Shown piece by piece: positions 28,472 through 39,761 of a stretch of DNA of 64,000 nt. Both the position numbers and the translations under genes were made by a program. This DNA is from an uncultured Actinomycetes bacterium (GTDB taxonomy: Bacteria; Actinomycetota; Thermoleophilia; Gaiellales; JALYLC01): the NCBI GenBank assembly GCA_963834415.1, contig CAWIBP010000005.1, positions 82,976 to 146,975 of the forward strand, written 5' to 3'. Positions within the stretch are counted from its first letter, which is position 1, and each line of letters opens with the position of its first letter. The notes under the pieces were generated by a model that was given only the letters and a program-made list of their open reading frames with translations, was not told the origin of the DNA and did no database searches.

Positions 28472-29580
28472 ATGCCCGCCGCCCCGCTCGTGCTGATCGA
28501 CGGGGACACGGTCGGGCGCGGGCGCACCGGCGACGAGAGCTACACGATCAACCTGCTGCGCGAGCTGCCCGGCGCGGCGCCGGAGCTGGCGTTCGCCGCG
28601 TCGCTGCGCGATCCGGCCGACCTGCCGGGCGACGTGCCGGCGGCGGTGCGCCGGATCCGGCTCGACGTCGCGAGCCCGTACCGCCGCATCCCGCTCGCGT
28701 TTCCCGCGCTCGCCCGCACCGAGCGGGCGGCGCTCGTCCACGTGCACTACTTCGTCGCCCCCGGGCTGCGGCAGCCCGCGGTCGTGACGGTGCACGACAT
28801 CTCGTACGCCCGCCAGCCCGAGCTGTTCTCGCGGCGCGACCGCTCGCTGCTGCGCCTCGTGCGCGGCTCCGTGCGCCGCGCCGCGCGCGTGATCGCCGTC
28901 TCGGAGTTCACGCGCGGCGACCTCTGCGACCACTACGGGCTCGATCCGGCCAAGGTCGTCGCGATCCCGAACGGCGTCGGCGACGCGTTCCGGCCGCTGC
29001 CGGACGCCGGCGCGCGCGTGCGCGAGCGCTTCGGCATCGACCGGCCCTACGTGCTCTGCGTCGGCGCGCTGCAGCCGCGCAAGAACGTGCCGCTCGCGAT
29101 CGAGGCGTACGCTCGCCTGATGGGGCGCGGCAGCGAGTGCGAGCTCGTCGTCGCCGGCGGCGACCGGGGCGGCCGCATCGACGTGCTCGATGCGATCCTG
29201 CGCACGCGCATGACCGGACGCGTCCACCTGCTCGGCCACGTCGAGGAGGAGCGAGCTGCCCGCGCTCTACAGCGCCGCGCGGGCGCTCGTCTTCCCCTCG
29301 CTCTACGAGGGCTTCGGGCTCCCGGCGCTCGAGGCGATGGCGCGCGGGCACGCCCGTCGTCGCGAGCAACACGACCGGCCTCGCGGAGGCGGTCGGCGAC
29401 GCCGGCCTGACCGTCGACCCGAGCAGCGCCGACGAGCTCGCCGAGGCGCTCGGCCGCGTGCTCGGCGACGACGCCCTGCGCACGCGGCTGATCGCCGCCG
29501 GGCACGAGCGCGCGGCGCGCTTCACGTGGGCGCGCACGGCCGCGGCGACCGCCGCCGTGTATCGCGAGGCGCTGGCATGA
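28472..29580 (+). pseudogene. glycosyltransferase family 4, frame-disrupted (two apparent +1 insertions)
   Basis: TATCCT-N6-ATG 28472. VVTVHDISY...VLCVGALQPRKN...HVEEE is followed, after a frame change, by [32 protein letters not shown], and after a second by [13 protein letters not shown]. Junctions are near 29251 and 29348. Confidence 0.8.
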
Positions 29581-30345
29581 GCCGCGTCGTCGCGGGCATC
29601 GTCTCGCACGGGCAGCGCGAGCTCCTGCGGCGAGTGCCTCGCGGCGCTGGCGCGCGAGGGCGTGCCGGGCCTCGTGTGCGAGAACGTCCCCGACGGCAGC
29701 GCCGAGCTCGCGCGCTCGCTCGGCTTCCGCGCCTACGTCAACGAGCGGCCGCGCAGCTTCGCCGAGAACCAGAACGCGCTGATCGCGGCGACGGACGAGC
29801 CCTACGTGCTGATCCTCAACCCCGACGTGCGGCTCGGCGAGGGCTGCGCCGAGCGGCTCGTCGCCCACGCCGAGGCGCACGACCGCTGCGGCGTCGCGGG
29901 CCCGCGGCTGCTCGAGACCGACGGCGGCACGCAGCGCTCGCGCCGCCGCTTCCCGACGATCGGCGGCACGCTCGTGCGCCGCACGCCGCTGCGCGCGCTC
30001 GTGCGCGACGTCGAGGCCGCGCAGCCCGGGCACTACCTCGCCGATCTGCCGGGCGGGCCCGTCGAGTGTGACTGGATGCTCGGCGCGTGCCTGCTCCTGC
30101 GCCGGACGATGATCACGGGCATCGGCGGCTTCGACGAGGGCTTCCCGATGTACGGCGAGGACATCGAGCTGCAGTACCGCGCGAGCCTGACCGGCTGGCA
30201 GCGCTGGTACGTGCCGCACGCGGTGGCGACCCACGACTACCAGCGCGTGGTCGACCGCACGTTCTGGTCGCGCCGCACCTGGTGGCACCTGCGCGGCATG
30301 GCGCGCTACCTGCGCCGCCACCCGGAGACGCTGCTCAAGCGCTAG
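29577..30345 (+). pseudogene. glycosyltransferase family 2, frame-disrupted
   Basis: ATGA-coupled ATG at 29577 reads [17 protein letters not shown]. After a frame change it continues [23 protein letters not shown] (track ORF 29662..30345). The junction is near 29629. Confidence 0.75.
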
Positions 30346-30353
30346 ATAGACGG

Positions 30354-30377
30354 TCGATTCCGCGGGTGCGGAATCGA
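30354..30377. terminator. perfect 10-bp stem / 4-nt loop hairpin between convergent genes
   Basis: TCGATTCCGC-GGGT-GCGGAATCGA. It directly abuts the LysR stop (30378-30380) and lies 9 nt after the GT2 stop. There is no U-tract. Confidence 0.5.
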
Positions 30378-31284
30378 TCAGCGAGCCGCAGGCGGCTGCG
30401 ACTCGCGGCAGAACGCGACGAACGCGGCGGCCAGGCGCGACGGCTCGCGGGCGGCCTGTCGCACCACCACGTAGTCGCGCCGCAGGCTCAGGCCGGTCAC
30501 GCGCGCCATCGCGAGGCGGCCGAGCTCGGAGCTCGCGCTCGATCGCCGCGAGCGAGGTGAACGTGGCGCCGAGGCCTTCCTCGACGGCGGTCTGCGACGA
30601 CTCCTGCAGGCCGAGCTCGGCGACGACGTTGAGGTCGCGCGGCCGCAGCCCGAGGCGGCGCAGCTCGGCCTCGACGATCGCGCGCACGCCGGAGCCCTCC
30701 TGCTGCACGACCAGCGGCTCGCGGGCCAGCTCCTCGAGCGAGAGCTCGCCGCCGGCGCGCGCGTGGCCGGCGGGCAGGGCGAGCACGATCTCGTCGGCCC
30801 GGAACGGCTCGTAGACGAGGCTGCGGTGCGGCTTCTCGGCGCCGACGACGCCGAGCTCGAGCTCGTGCGCGGCGACGCGGTGGGCGATGTCCTGCGTGGC
30901 GCCGACCGTCAGCGCGACCTCGACCTCGGCGTTGCGGCGCAGGAATCCGATCAGCAGCCGCGGCACGAGGCGCGCGCCGGGGCCCGTCGAGGCGCCGATC
31001 GCGAGCCGGCCGCGCAGCACGTCGGCCTCTTCCTGCGCGGCGCGGATCATGTCGCGCTCGAGCGCGAGGATGCGCTGGCGCGCGCGCGATCACGGCGCGG
31101 CCCTCGGGCGTCGGCTCGGCCTTGCGCGCCGCTGCGGTCGATCAGCGCGACGCCGAGCGCGCTGCTCGAGCGCGCGCACGGCCTGCGAGACGGCCGACTG
31201 CGTGACGCCGAGCGACTCGGCGGCCTGGGAGAACGACCCGCGCTCCACGACGGCGCAGAGCGCTGCGAGCTGCCGCGTGTCCAC
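30378..31284 (-). pseudogene. LysR family transcriptional regulator, frame-disrupted (three junctions)
   Basis: HTH MDTRQLAALCAVVERGSFSQAAESLGVTQSAVSQAVRALEQR, then LGVALIDRSGARKAEPTPEGRAVIARA, then QRILALERDMIRAAQEE...TFTSLAAIERE, then LGRLAMARVTGLSLRRDYVVV. Junctions are near 31160, 31080 and 30528. Confidence 0.8.
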
Positions 31285-31293
31285 GTCTGCTGC

Positions 31294-33315
31294 CTACGCC
31301 GGAGCCGCGACGGTCGGCTGCTCGCTGTCGGCGCGCCGCGGGTTGGCGATCATGGCGCGCACGCGTGCCAGCGCGCCCGGCTCGTCGCCCTCGGCGATCA
31401 GCCGCTCGAGCGCGTCGAGCTCGGCCTCGAGCCACTCCGGCGAGATCGGCGAGCGGCGGGCGCGCATGAGCTTGTCGTGGTGGGTGCGCTCGACCTCCTC
31501 GCTGTCCTCGAAGAGGCCCTCGTGCAGCTTCTCGCCCGGCCGGATGCCGGTGATCACGACCTGGATGTCCTTCTCGGGCTCGAGCCCGGAGAGGCGGATC
31601 ATGTCGTTCGCGAGGTCGACGATGCGCACCGGGTCGCCCATGTCGAGCACGAAGACGTCGCCGCCCTGGCCGACGCCGCCGGCCTGCACGATCAGCTGCG
31701 CGGCCTCGTGGATCGTCATGAAGTAGCGCGTCATCTGCGGATCGGTGACCGTGACCGGCCCGCCGCGCGCGATCTGCTCGCGGAAGATCGGCACGACCGA
31801 GCCGGACGAGCCGAGCACGTTGCCGAAGCGCACGGCGACGAACGTCGTCTCGCTCTCGACCTGCCCGAGCGCCTCGACGACCCACTCGGCGAGCGCCTTG
31901 CTCGCGCCCATCACGGTCTTCGGGTAGACGGCCTTGTCGGTCGAGACGAGCACGAAGCGGTCGGCGCCGTGGCGCGCGGCGAGGCGGGCGACCGTGCGCG
32001 TGGCGAGCGCGTTGTTGCGCAGCGCCTGCACCGGATGCTGCTCCATCAGCGGCACGTGCTTGTAGGCCGCGGCGTGGAACACGACGGCCGGGCGGTGCAC
32101 CTCGAAGACCGTCTCCATGCGGGCCGCGTCGCGCACGTCGGCGATCTCCGGGACGATCTCGATGCGGCCCGACTCGCGCAGCTCGCGGTCGATCTGGAAG
32201 AGGTTGTTCTCGGCGTGGTCGGCGAGCACGAGCCGGCCGACCTCCATGCGCACGAGCTGGCGGCAGAGCTCGGAGCCGATCGAGCCGCCGGCGCCGGTCA
32301 CGAGCACGGTGCGGCCGCGCACGTAGGCGCCGACCGCGGCGGGGTCGAGCGCCACGGGCTCGCGGCCGAGGATGTCCTCCACCTGCACGTCGCGCAGCTG
32401 GGGCACGAGGTCGTTGTCGCCGTTGACGAGGTCGCTGACGTTCGGCAGCGTCTTGACCGGCACGCCCGCCTCGCGGCAGGTCGCGACCACGGCCGCGCGA
32501 CGACGGCCGCCGGCCGAGGGCAGCGCGATGTGCACCTCGTCGGGCTGGCGCGCCTTGCAGGATCTCGGGCAGGTCGGCGGTCGTGCCGAGCACCTTGATG
32601 CCCTGGAAGCGGTAGCGCAGCTTGTTGCGGTCGTCGTCGATCAGCCCGATCGGCGTGTAGCCGGTCAGCCGGTTCGAGAGCATCTCGCGCAGGATCAGGT
32701 TGCCGGCGTCGCCGGCGCCGACGATCAGCACCTTCTTGCCCTGCGCCACGAACGAGCCGCGGCGCGGGCGCTCCATCAGCGAGCGGGCGAGCACGCGCGC
32801 GCCGCCGAGCAGGATCAGCGTGAAGACGAGATCGAGCAGCAGCGCGCGCTTGGCCGGCGCGCGCTCGCGCGCGGTTCGCGGCGCGAGGCTCTCGGTGATG
32901 CCGTTCTTCTTCACCTGGTACACGCAGCCGTCGATCTTCGCGGTCTCGCACGTCGGCGCAGCGAGCTGGGCCTTCTGGCCGGCCGAGGCCTCGGGGCGGA
33001 TCGTCACGTCGCGCGGGAACTTGACGATCGAGAACGCCAGCAGCAGCACGATGCTGGCGATGCCGACCGCGCGCAGCAGGGCGTTGACGTCGCGCAGCGA
33101 GAGGTAGCGCCACCACTTGTTGTACGCCCCGAAGCGCGCCCAGGCAGATCGAGCTTGATGACGATGACGATCGCGATCGTCTGCTTCCAGTACGCGTCCC
33201 ACCCGGGATTGCGCTGGATCTGGAACCCGACCACGTAGGTGGCGTACCAGGCGACGCCGATGAGGACGGCGTCGACGGCGACCTGCCACAGACGGTGGCG
33301 GTTCAACAGCCCCAT
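31294..33315 (-). pseudogene. membrane-bound polysaccharide biosynthesis protein CapD/WbpM-like (UDP-HexNAc 4,6-dehydratase), frame-disrupted
   Basis: Joins track ORFs 33004..33315 (TM N-terminus), a segment of 31142..34183 (VLIVGAGDAGNLILREM...) and 31294..32535 (VLVTGAGGSIGSEL...YKHVPLME). Junctions are near 33142 and 32555. The net length is a multiple of 3. Confidence 0.85.
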
Positions 33316-33327
33316 AGGGCTCGCAGT

Positions 33328-34443
33328 CTACGTTCTGGCTGGAGCCAGGGCCGCGACGGCGCTCACGACCTCGCGCTGCTGGGCCTCGCTGAGCGTCGCC
33401 GACATCGGCAGCGCGACGCACTCGCGCGCGCAGCGCTCGGTCACGGGCAGCTGCCCGTCGCGGTAGCCGAGGTGCGCGAAGACCGGCTGGCAGGTGCAGC
33501 GGCGTCGAGTAGTACGACGCCGCTCGCGACGCCGGCCTCGCCGCAGCCCGGCGACGAGGCGCTCGCGCTCCTGGCTGCGCACGACGTAGAGGTGGTAGAT
33601 GTGGCGCGCGCCCTCGGCGACCGCCGGCAGCACGACGTGCTCGCCGAGCCCGAGCTCCTCGTAGCGCGGCGGCGACGGCGATGCGGCCGTCGTTCCAGCC
33701 GTCGACAGCGGCACGCAGCTCGAGCAGGATCGCCGCCTGGAGCTCGTCGAGGCGCGAGTTGTAGCCGACGTGCGTGAACGTCTTCTTGTCCTCGGAGCCG
33801 TGGAAGCGCAGCACGCGGCACATGCGGTCGACCTCGGCGCTCGGCGTGCGTGATGAGGCCGCCGTCGCCGAAGCAGGGCAGATTCTTGGTCGGGAAGAAC
33901 GAGAAGGTCGCGGCGTCGCCGAGCGCGCCGCAGCGCACGCCGCCGAGCGCGGCGCCGTAGGCCTGCGCGGCGTCCTCGATGACCGGGATCCCGTGCTTCT
34001 GCCCGAGCGCCGTGAGCGCGCCCATGTCGGCCGGATGGCCGAACAGGTGGACGGGCATGATCGCCCGCGTGCGCGGCGTGATCGCGGCCTCGACGGCGGC
34101 CGGATCGAGGTTGTAGGTCTCGTCCTCGATGTCGGCGAAGACCGGCACGGCGCCGATCGCGGCGATCGACTCGGCCGTCGCATAGAACGTGAAGGACGGG
34201 CAGATGACCTCGTCGCCCGGCTCGACGCCGAGCGCGCGCAGCGCGATCAGCAGCGCGTCGGTGCCGTTGGCGACGCCGATGCCGTGGGCGACGCCGATGT
34301 GCTCGGCGAACGCCTGTCTCCGCCTCGGCGACCTTGGGCCCGAGGATGAAGCGCCCCGAGTCGATGACGTCGCCGATCGCGCGCGCGACCTGCTCGCGCA
34401 CCTCGGCGTACTGCGAATGAGGATCCATCAGGGGCACGGCCAT
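33328..34443 (-). pseudogene. DegT/DnrJ/EryC1/StrS family aminotransferase, heavily frame-disrupted
   Basis: Protein-like text alternates among three frames: MAVPLMDPHSQYAEVREQVARAIGDVIDSGRFILGPKV, PVFADIEDETYNLD...AQAYGA...FSFFPTKNL, RVLRFHGSEDKKTFTHVGYNSRLDELQAAILL, and YHLYVVRSQERERL...QPVFAHLGY...ALPMSATL. There are at least six junctions. Confidence 0.85.
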
Positions 34444-34491
34444 GCCCCGACGGTAGCAATGCGCGCTGCCGGCAGCGTCGCCGGCGATCGC

Positions 34492-35700
34492 TCAGGCGGT
34501 CGGCCGGTACAGCTCGACCACGTAGCCGCGGCGCAGCCAGTACGGGAAGCGCTGCTCGCGCGTGAAGCCCCCCGTCTCGGCCGTGACCTCCTGGACGTTG
34601 ACCTGCGGGTGCCCGTCGACGCCGGGCGGGCTGCTCTCGTGGTTGATGGTCAGCAGGCGGCCGGCGCAGCACGTGCGGATCCACTGCAGGTAGCCGGCCA
34701 CGGTGCCGGCGCTCATCTCGGGGAACGAGTCCTGGTTGAGCACCAGATCGAAGGTCGGCTGCGTGATCGCGGCGATCGCTTGCGGGGGCAGGATCTGGAG
34801 GCACCCGGGGACGCTGCCGGGCTCCGCCTCGCCGTAGAGCGAGACCTTCTCCGCCGGGATGCTCTTGAGCGCGTAGTACCCCTGGACGACGTTCACCATG
34901 GGAAGATCGACGATCGTGTAGGACGTGAGCCCGAGCCGGTGGCTCCAGTACGCGACCCGGCCCGATCCGCCGCCGATCTCGCAGATCCGCGTGCCCTCGT
35001 GGCCGGCCGTCGTCTGCTGCATCAGCCAGGCCGTGTAGATCGCGTTCGCGTCGCGCTCGCCGAAGCGGCCGCGCCCGGTGTCGAGCTTGAGCAGGCCGCC
35101 GTCGACGTCCGGCGGCTCGATCGAGATGCCGATCCGCTCGCTGATCAGCTCCACGAGCTCGGCCGGGGCGCGTCTCGAGTTCCCGCCGAACGCGCCCTGC
35201 TCGGGATTCTCGACGGCGATCGCCCCGACGCCCTCGGCGAGCGAGACCAGCTTGTCGGCGGCCATGCCCAGCAGGAAGCGGCGATACGCCCCGTCGGCCA
35301 GGATGCGGCGATACTCGCCCTCGCCTTGCGTGATGCCGTGCGAGGCGTCATGGCGCGAGACGTTGCAGAGATAGCCCGGCGAGCTCCTCGGCGTCGCCGC
35401 GCTCGAGGATGCCGTGCGAAGCGACGCTGGCGCTCGGCGATGCGCGTCCAGACGTCGCCCTGCTCGCCCGCGGCCGTCCGCTCGCCGTCGCGAGCTCGGC
35501 GCGGCGATGCGCGGCGAGCAGACGCGAGGCGATCGCGACGTCGTCGGCGGCCGGCAGCTTGTCGGGCACGATCCCGCCCGCAGCGGCACGGCGCGGTGCT
35601 CGCGGGTGTTGCAGCACCTCGCGCTGCCGGCGGCGTTGCTCGCGACTGAGCGCGCGCGCAGCGCATTCGCGCGAGCTCCGAGCTGCTGGACCCGCGCGTT
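34492..35700 (-). pseudogene. class I SAM-dependent methyltransferase (sugar O-methyltransferase-like), N-terminal part frame-disrupted
   Basis: ICEIGGGSGRVAYWSHRLGL motif in track ORF 34492..35589. N-terminal text (GIVPDKLPAADDVAIASRLL, GDVWTRIAERQRRFA, HGILERGDAEELAG) is scattered over other frames. The 5' end is approximate. Confidence 0.6.
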
Positions 35701-35795
35701 CAGGCGGGCGTTCGCCGCTCAGTCGACGGGCGCGCCGCTTCCCGACTTCGAGCCCGTTGGTAGGCACCCCATGACGTGAAGCTACCAGCCGCGCT

Positions 35796-36200
35796 TCAGG
35801 CAGCGTCGGCGGTGATCTCGCTCACCGAGATGCCCCACGCCTTGCCCGTCGCGAACAGCTCGTCCGGATCGACCTCGCCGACCCAGCCGATGAAGTGCCG
35901 CTCGTGCTTGCGCGGCGTCGATCCGAAGACCGCCTTGCGCAGCTTCGGCGCGGGCCCTTCCTTCTGCGCGCTCGAGATTGGCGAGTGCTTCCTCGACCGC
36001 TGGTCCCTCGGCATAGCCTTTACCCATGCGCGCACCGTAGCGCGCGTCCGCCGGTCGCGGGCATCAGGCCGACGCGCGCGGCTCGACGACCGCGGGCGTC
36101 CCGCCGCGTCCGCGGTGGCGAGCGTCAGGTAGCGGTTGCCGGCGACGATCCGCCGCGCGAGGCGCTCCAGCTCGCGCCGGTCGGCGTCGCTCGGAGTCAC
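35796..36200 (-). pseudogene. pyridoxamine 5'-phosphate oxidase-like small protein, frame-disrupted
   Basis: GTGA-coupled GTG at 36200 reads VTPSDADRRELERLARRIVAGNRYLTLATADAAGRP, after which the frame is lost. The assignment rests on the N-terminal motif only. Confidence 0.35.
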
Positions 36201-37685
36201 GCCGCGAGCGCTGCGGCGCGCTCGAGCAGCCGCGCCTCGGCGGCGGCCGCGGCGGCCAGCGCTCCGGCCGCCCAGTCCCGGCTCTCCGCGGCGAGCGCGT
36301 CGACCTCGGCGAGCATGACGTCCATCGCCGCGGGCGACGACGAGCCGGCCTGCAGCCGCTCGCGCGCGCACGCGGCCGGGTCGAGCTGGGCGGGATCGAC
36401 GGCGACCGCGGTGCCCGTGAGCTCGAGCGCCGCGGCGCTCACGGCCTCCGCGGTCAGCGCGCCGGCTCCCTGCTCGCTCAGGCGGCGCACCGCCAGGCCG
36501 ACCACCTTGTGGGCCGTGCGGTAGTCGAGGCCCGAGCCCGAGGCCAGCACGTCGGCCACGTCGGCGGCGTTCGTGAAGCCCTCGCGCGCGACGCGCGCCA
36601 TGCGCTCGGCGTTCGACGCTCATGCCCGCGAGCACCGCGGCCGCCAGGCGCGCGATCGCCCCGGCCTCCTCGAGCGCGCGCGGCACGAGGCCGTTGAGCA
36701 GGTGGAAGTGGTCGGTGCGGGCCGAGCCCGTGTGGGCGACGGTCAGCGCCGCGCTCACGTCGCCCGCGGCCTGGCCGGCCTGGGTGCGGATCGCGGCGAG
36801 CGCGTAGGGGTTGCGCTTCTGCGGCATCAGCGCGCTCGCGCGCGAGTGGCGGTCGGCGAGCTCGATCAGCCCGAACTCGTGGCTGGCGTAGATCTCGAAG
36901 TCCTGGGAGAGCTGCGAGAGGTGCGTCGCGGCGATCGCGAGCGCCGACAGCAGCTCGGCGTAGACGTCCCACTGCCAGGCGGCGTCCTTGGCGTGCTGGA
37001 CGAGCCCGTCGCAGCCGAGCAGGTCGGCCAAGCAGCGCGCGGTCGAGCGGCCAGCGCGAGCCGGCGCTGCCGCCGACCCCGGCGACGCTGCGCGAGAGCT
37101 CGCGGTGCACGCGGCGCAGCCGCTCGGCGTCGCGCAGCGCCGGGTAGGCGTAGGTCAGCAGCAGGTGGCCGGCGGTCGTCGGCTGGGCGGCCTGCAGGTA
37201 GGTGTAGTCGGCCGCGAGCGCGTCGCGCAGCAGCGCGCGCATGCACGCCCGAGCGCGCCGGCGCCGTCGGCGAGCGCGGCGACGAGCTCGGCGGCGCCGC
37301 GCCGCGAGCACGCCCGCAGCGCGACGCGGAAGGCCTCGCGGCGCGGGCGCCCGGCGCTCAGCCAGCCGGCCGCCTCGGGCCCGATGCGGCGCACGAGCTC
37401 GGCCTCGCGCGAGTTGAACGCATCGCCGAGCGCGGCCTCCCACGGGAACTCTGCGAGCGGGATCGCATGCAGCTCGAGCAGACCCCCGGCGAGCTTCCGC
37501 GCGGTCCCGGGCGGCAGCGCGCCGCCCTCGGCCAGCGCGACGGCGTGGGCGATGTCGGAGAGCGAGAGGTCGTAGGCCAGACGCGGCGCCGCGCGCAGCT
37601 CGTGCGCATAGGCGGCCTCGACGAGCTCGTCGGCGGGACCGCCGGCGAGCCGTCCGCCCGCGCCCAGATAGCCGCCGTCAGCCAT
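36197..37685 (-). pseudogene. argininosuccinate lyase-like (fumarate lyase superfamily), frame-disrupted
   Basis: Joins track ORFs 37155..37685, 36478..37443, 35796..37031 and 36197..36601. Contains YTYLQAAQPTTAGHLLL and GSSALMPQKRNPY-like SRASALMPQKRNPYALAAIR. TAGACT-N8-ATG start at 37685. Confidence 0.75.
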
Positions 37686-37744
37686 GCGGGGCCAGTCTAC
37701 GCTGGCCCCCGCCTCGCATCGGCGAAGGTGGGATACTGCCCCTC

Positions 37745-39759
37745 ATGCACTCCTCCTATGCGCTCAACTCCGATGACTTCGCGGTCGAGCGCGATGGTGA
37801 GGCGGGCCCGCTCAGCGAGCTCTGGCCGGGTGGCTATCAGCCCGGCGACCGCCTCGGCGTCGTGCTCAACCAGCCGATGGATCCGTGCGGCTGCTCGAAC
37901 CTGATCGCCGCGACGAACACGCTCTTCTACGACGTGCTCCGCGACACGAAGGGGCAGGGCGGCTTCTTCCGCTACGCCGACACGTACCTGATCGGCGTCG
38001 GCTGCGAGCCCGGCGACTTCAACCAGCTCGACGTGTGGCCGATGCACAAGTTCGTCGGCGTCCTGCAGCCCACCGCCGAGGCGGTGCTCGAGACGATCAA
38101 CGACCGCCGCATCACGCTGCTCGTGGTGCCCGAGGTCGGCCTGCGCTGCCGCGGCGAGGTCGTGCTCTCGACCTGGAACGCGCTGCTCGCGCAGGTGCGC
38201 ACGGTGCTCACCTACTCGCCGCGCAGCGGCCGCGCGCGGGGCGGCGAGATCGGCCTGCTCGGCAACAAGATCGTCGAGAGCTACGTCGAGCAGGCGATCT
38301 TCTCGACGCCCGGCATCGGCGCCGGCGAGCAGGCGCGTCTGCGCCGCCTGCGCCGCGCGATCGACCGCGAGCCGCTGCGCAGCTTCGAGACCTACAAGGC
38401 GCTCCCGAACGTCGCCTCGGCGCGCGCCCTGCTGGGCGTGACCGAGGTGCTGCCGCCCGGCCACCAGGAGGTCTCGCGCCGCTCGGCGCCGACGATCATC
38501 CTGCCGCTCGAGGTGCCGATGGGCGCGCTCGACGTGCCGTCGGCGCCGCTCGACGCCGCGATGGCGCTCTCGGCCCGCCGCCGGCGCCTCCGGTCGAGCT
38601 GGAGGCGGGCGACTACGAGCTGCCGACGGCGACGCTGCGCCACACCGCCTTCGACGGGATCATGCGCCGCATGGGCGGGCAGTTCGCCGAGTGGGAGGGC
38701 TGGGACTGGATCTCCGACTTCGGCGACCCGGTCGGCGAGCACCACGCGGTGCGCGAGACGGTCGGCCTGTGGGACGAGTCGACGCTGCAGAAGTGGGCCT
38801 TCCGCGGCCCCGACGCGCTCGCGGCCGCCGACTACTGCTTCACGAGCGACATGGCAGGCCTCGCCACCGGCCAGGCGCGCTACGGACCGTTCTGCGACGA
38901 GCGCGGGCACATGCTCGGCGACGGCGTGGTCTACAACACGGCCGATCCCGAGCTCGGGGTGCTCGCGGTCACGGCGCTCGCGACCGACGGCGACCACTTC
39001 CGCAAGGTCGCGGCCGCGAAGGGCTTCGACGTCGAGATCGTCGAGCGCACCGACGAGATGCCGCACCTGCAGCTGCAGGGCCCGAAGTCGCGCGAGCTGC
39101 TGACGTCGCTGACGGACGCCGACATCGCCGGGCTGCGCTACTTCCGCTTCCTCGAGGGCGTGACGATCGGTGGCGTCGAGGGCTGCATCGTCTCGCGCAC
39201 CGGCTACTCGGGCGAGATCGGGTACGAGATCTTCACCACGCCGGCGAACGCCGAGCGGCTCTGGACGGCGCTGCTCGATGCCGGCCAGTCGCTCGGCCTG
39301 CGCCCCTACGGCCTCGCCGCCGTCGAGTCGCTGCGCATCGAGTCGGGCCTGATCTTCCTCGGCTACGACTACTTCCCGGCCCACACGTCGCCGTTCCACA
39401 TGAACCTCGAGCGCATGATCAAGCTCGACAAGCCGGACTTCGTGGGCAAGGACGCGCTCGTCGCCGAGCACCAGTCCGGCATCACGCACTGCATGGTCAC
39501 GCTCGTGATCGGCGGTGAGGATGCGCCCGAGTACAACTCGCCGGTCTATCGCCACGGCCGCGAGATCGGGCGCCTGCTCTCGCCGAGCGCCGGCCGCTCG
39601 CCGACGGTCGACCGCCTGATCGGCATGGCCTGCATCGAGATCGAGCTGAGCGAGATCGGCACGCCGGTCGACGTCGCGCTCGCCGATGGCCGCACGGTGC
39701 CCGCGCTCGTCGACCAGTTCCCGATCTACGACCCGGAGAAGAAGCGCCCCCGGGCCTGA
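37745..39759 (+). pseudogene. unknown ~280-aa N-terminal domain followed by (or fused to) a GcvT-like aminomethyltransferase domain; frame change near 38585
   Basis: Track ORF 37745.. is protein-like up to about 38580. The frame of ORF 37885..39759 then gives LRHTAFDGIMRRMGGQFAEWEGW...EHHAVRETVGLWDES...SRTGYSGEIGYEIF. There is no start codon for a separate second gene. Confidence 0.7.
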
Positions 39760-39761
39760 GT

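Noticed and set aside
31142-34183. A 1013-aa ORF spanning the CapD-like and DegT genes.
   Set aside because: It is a chimera. Only short internal stretches are protein-like (the CapD middle and one DegT segment). The rest is off-frame read-through across two genes and an intergenic gap.
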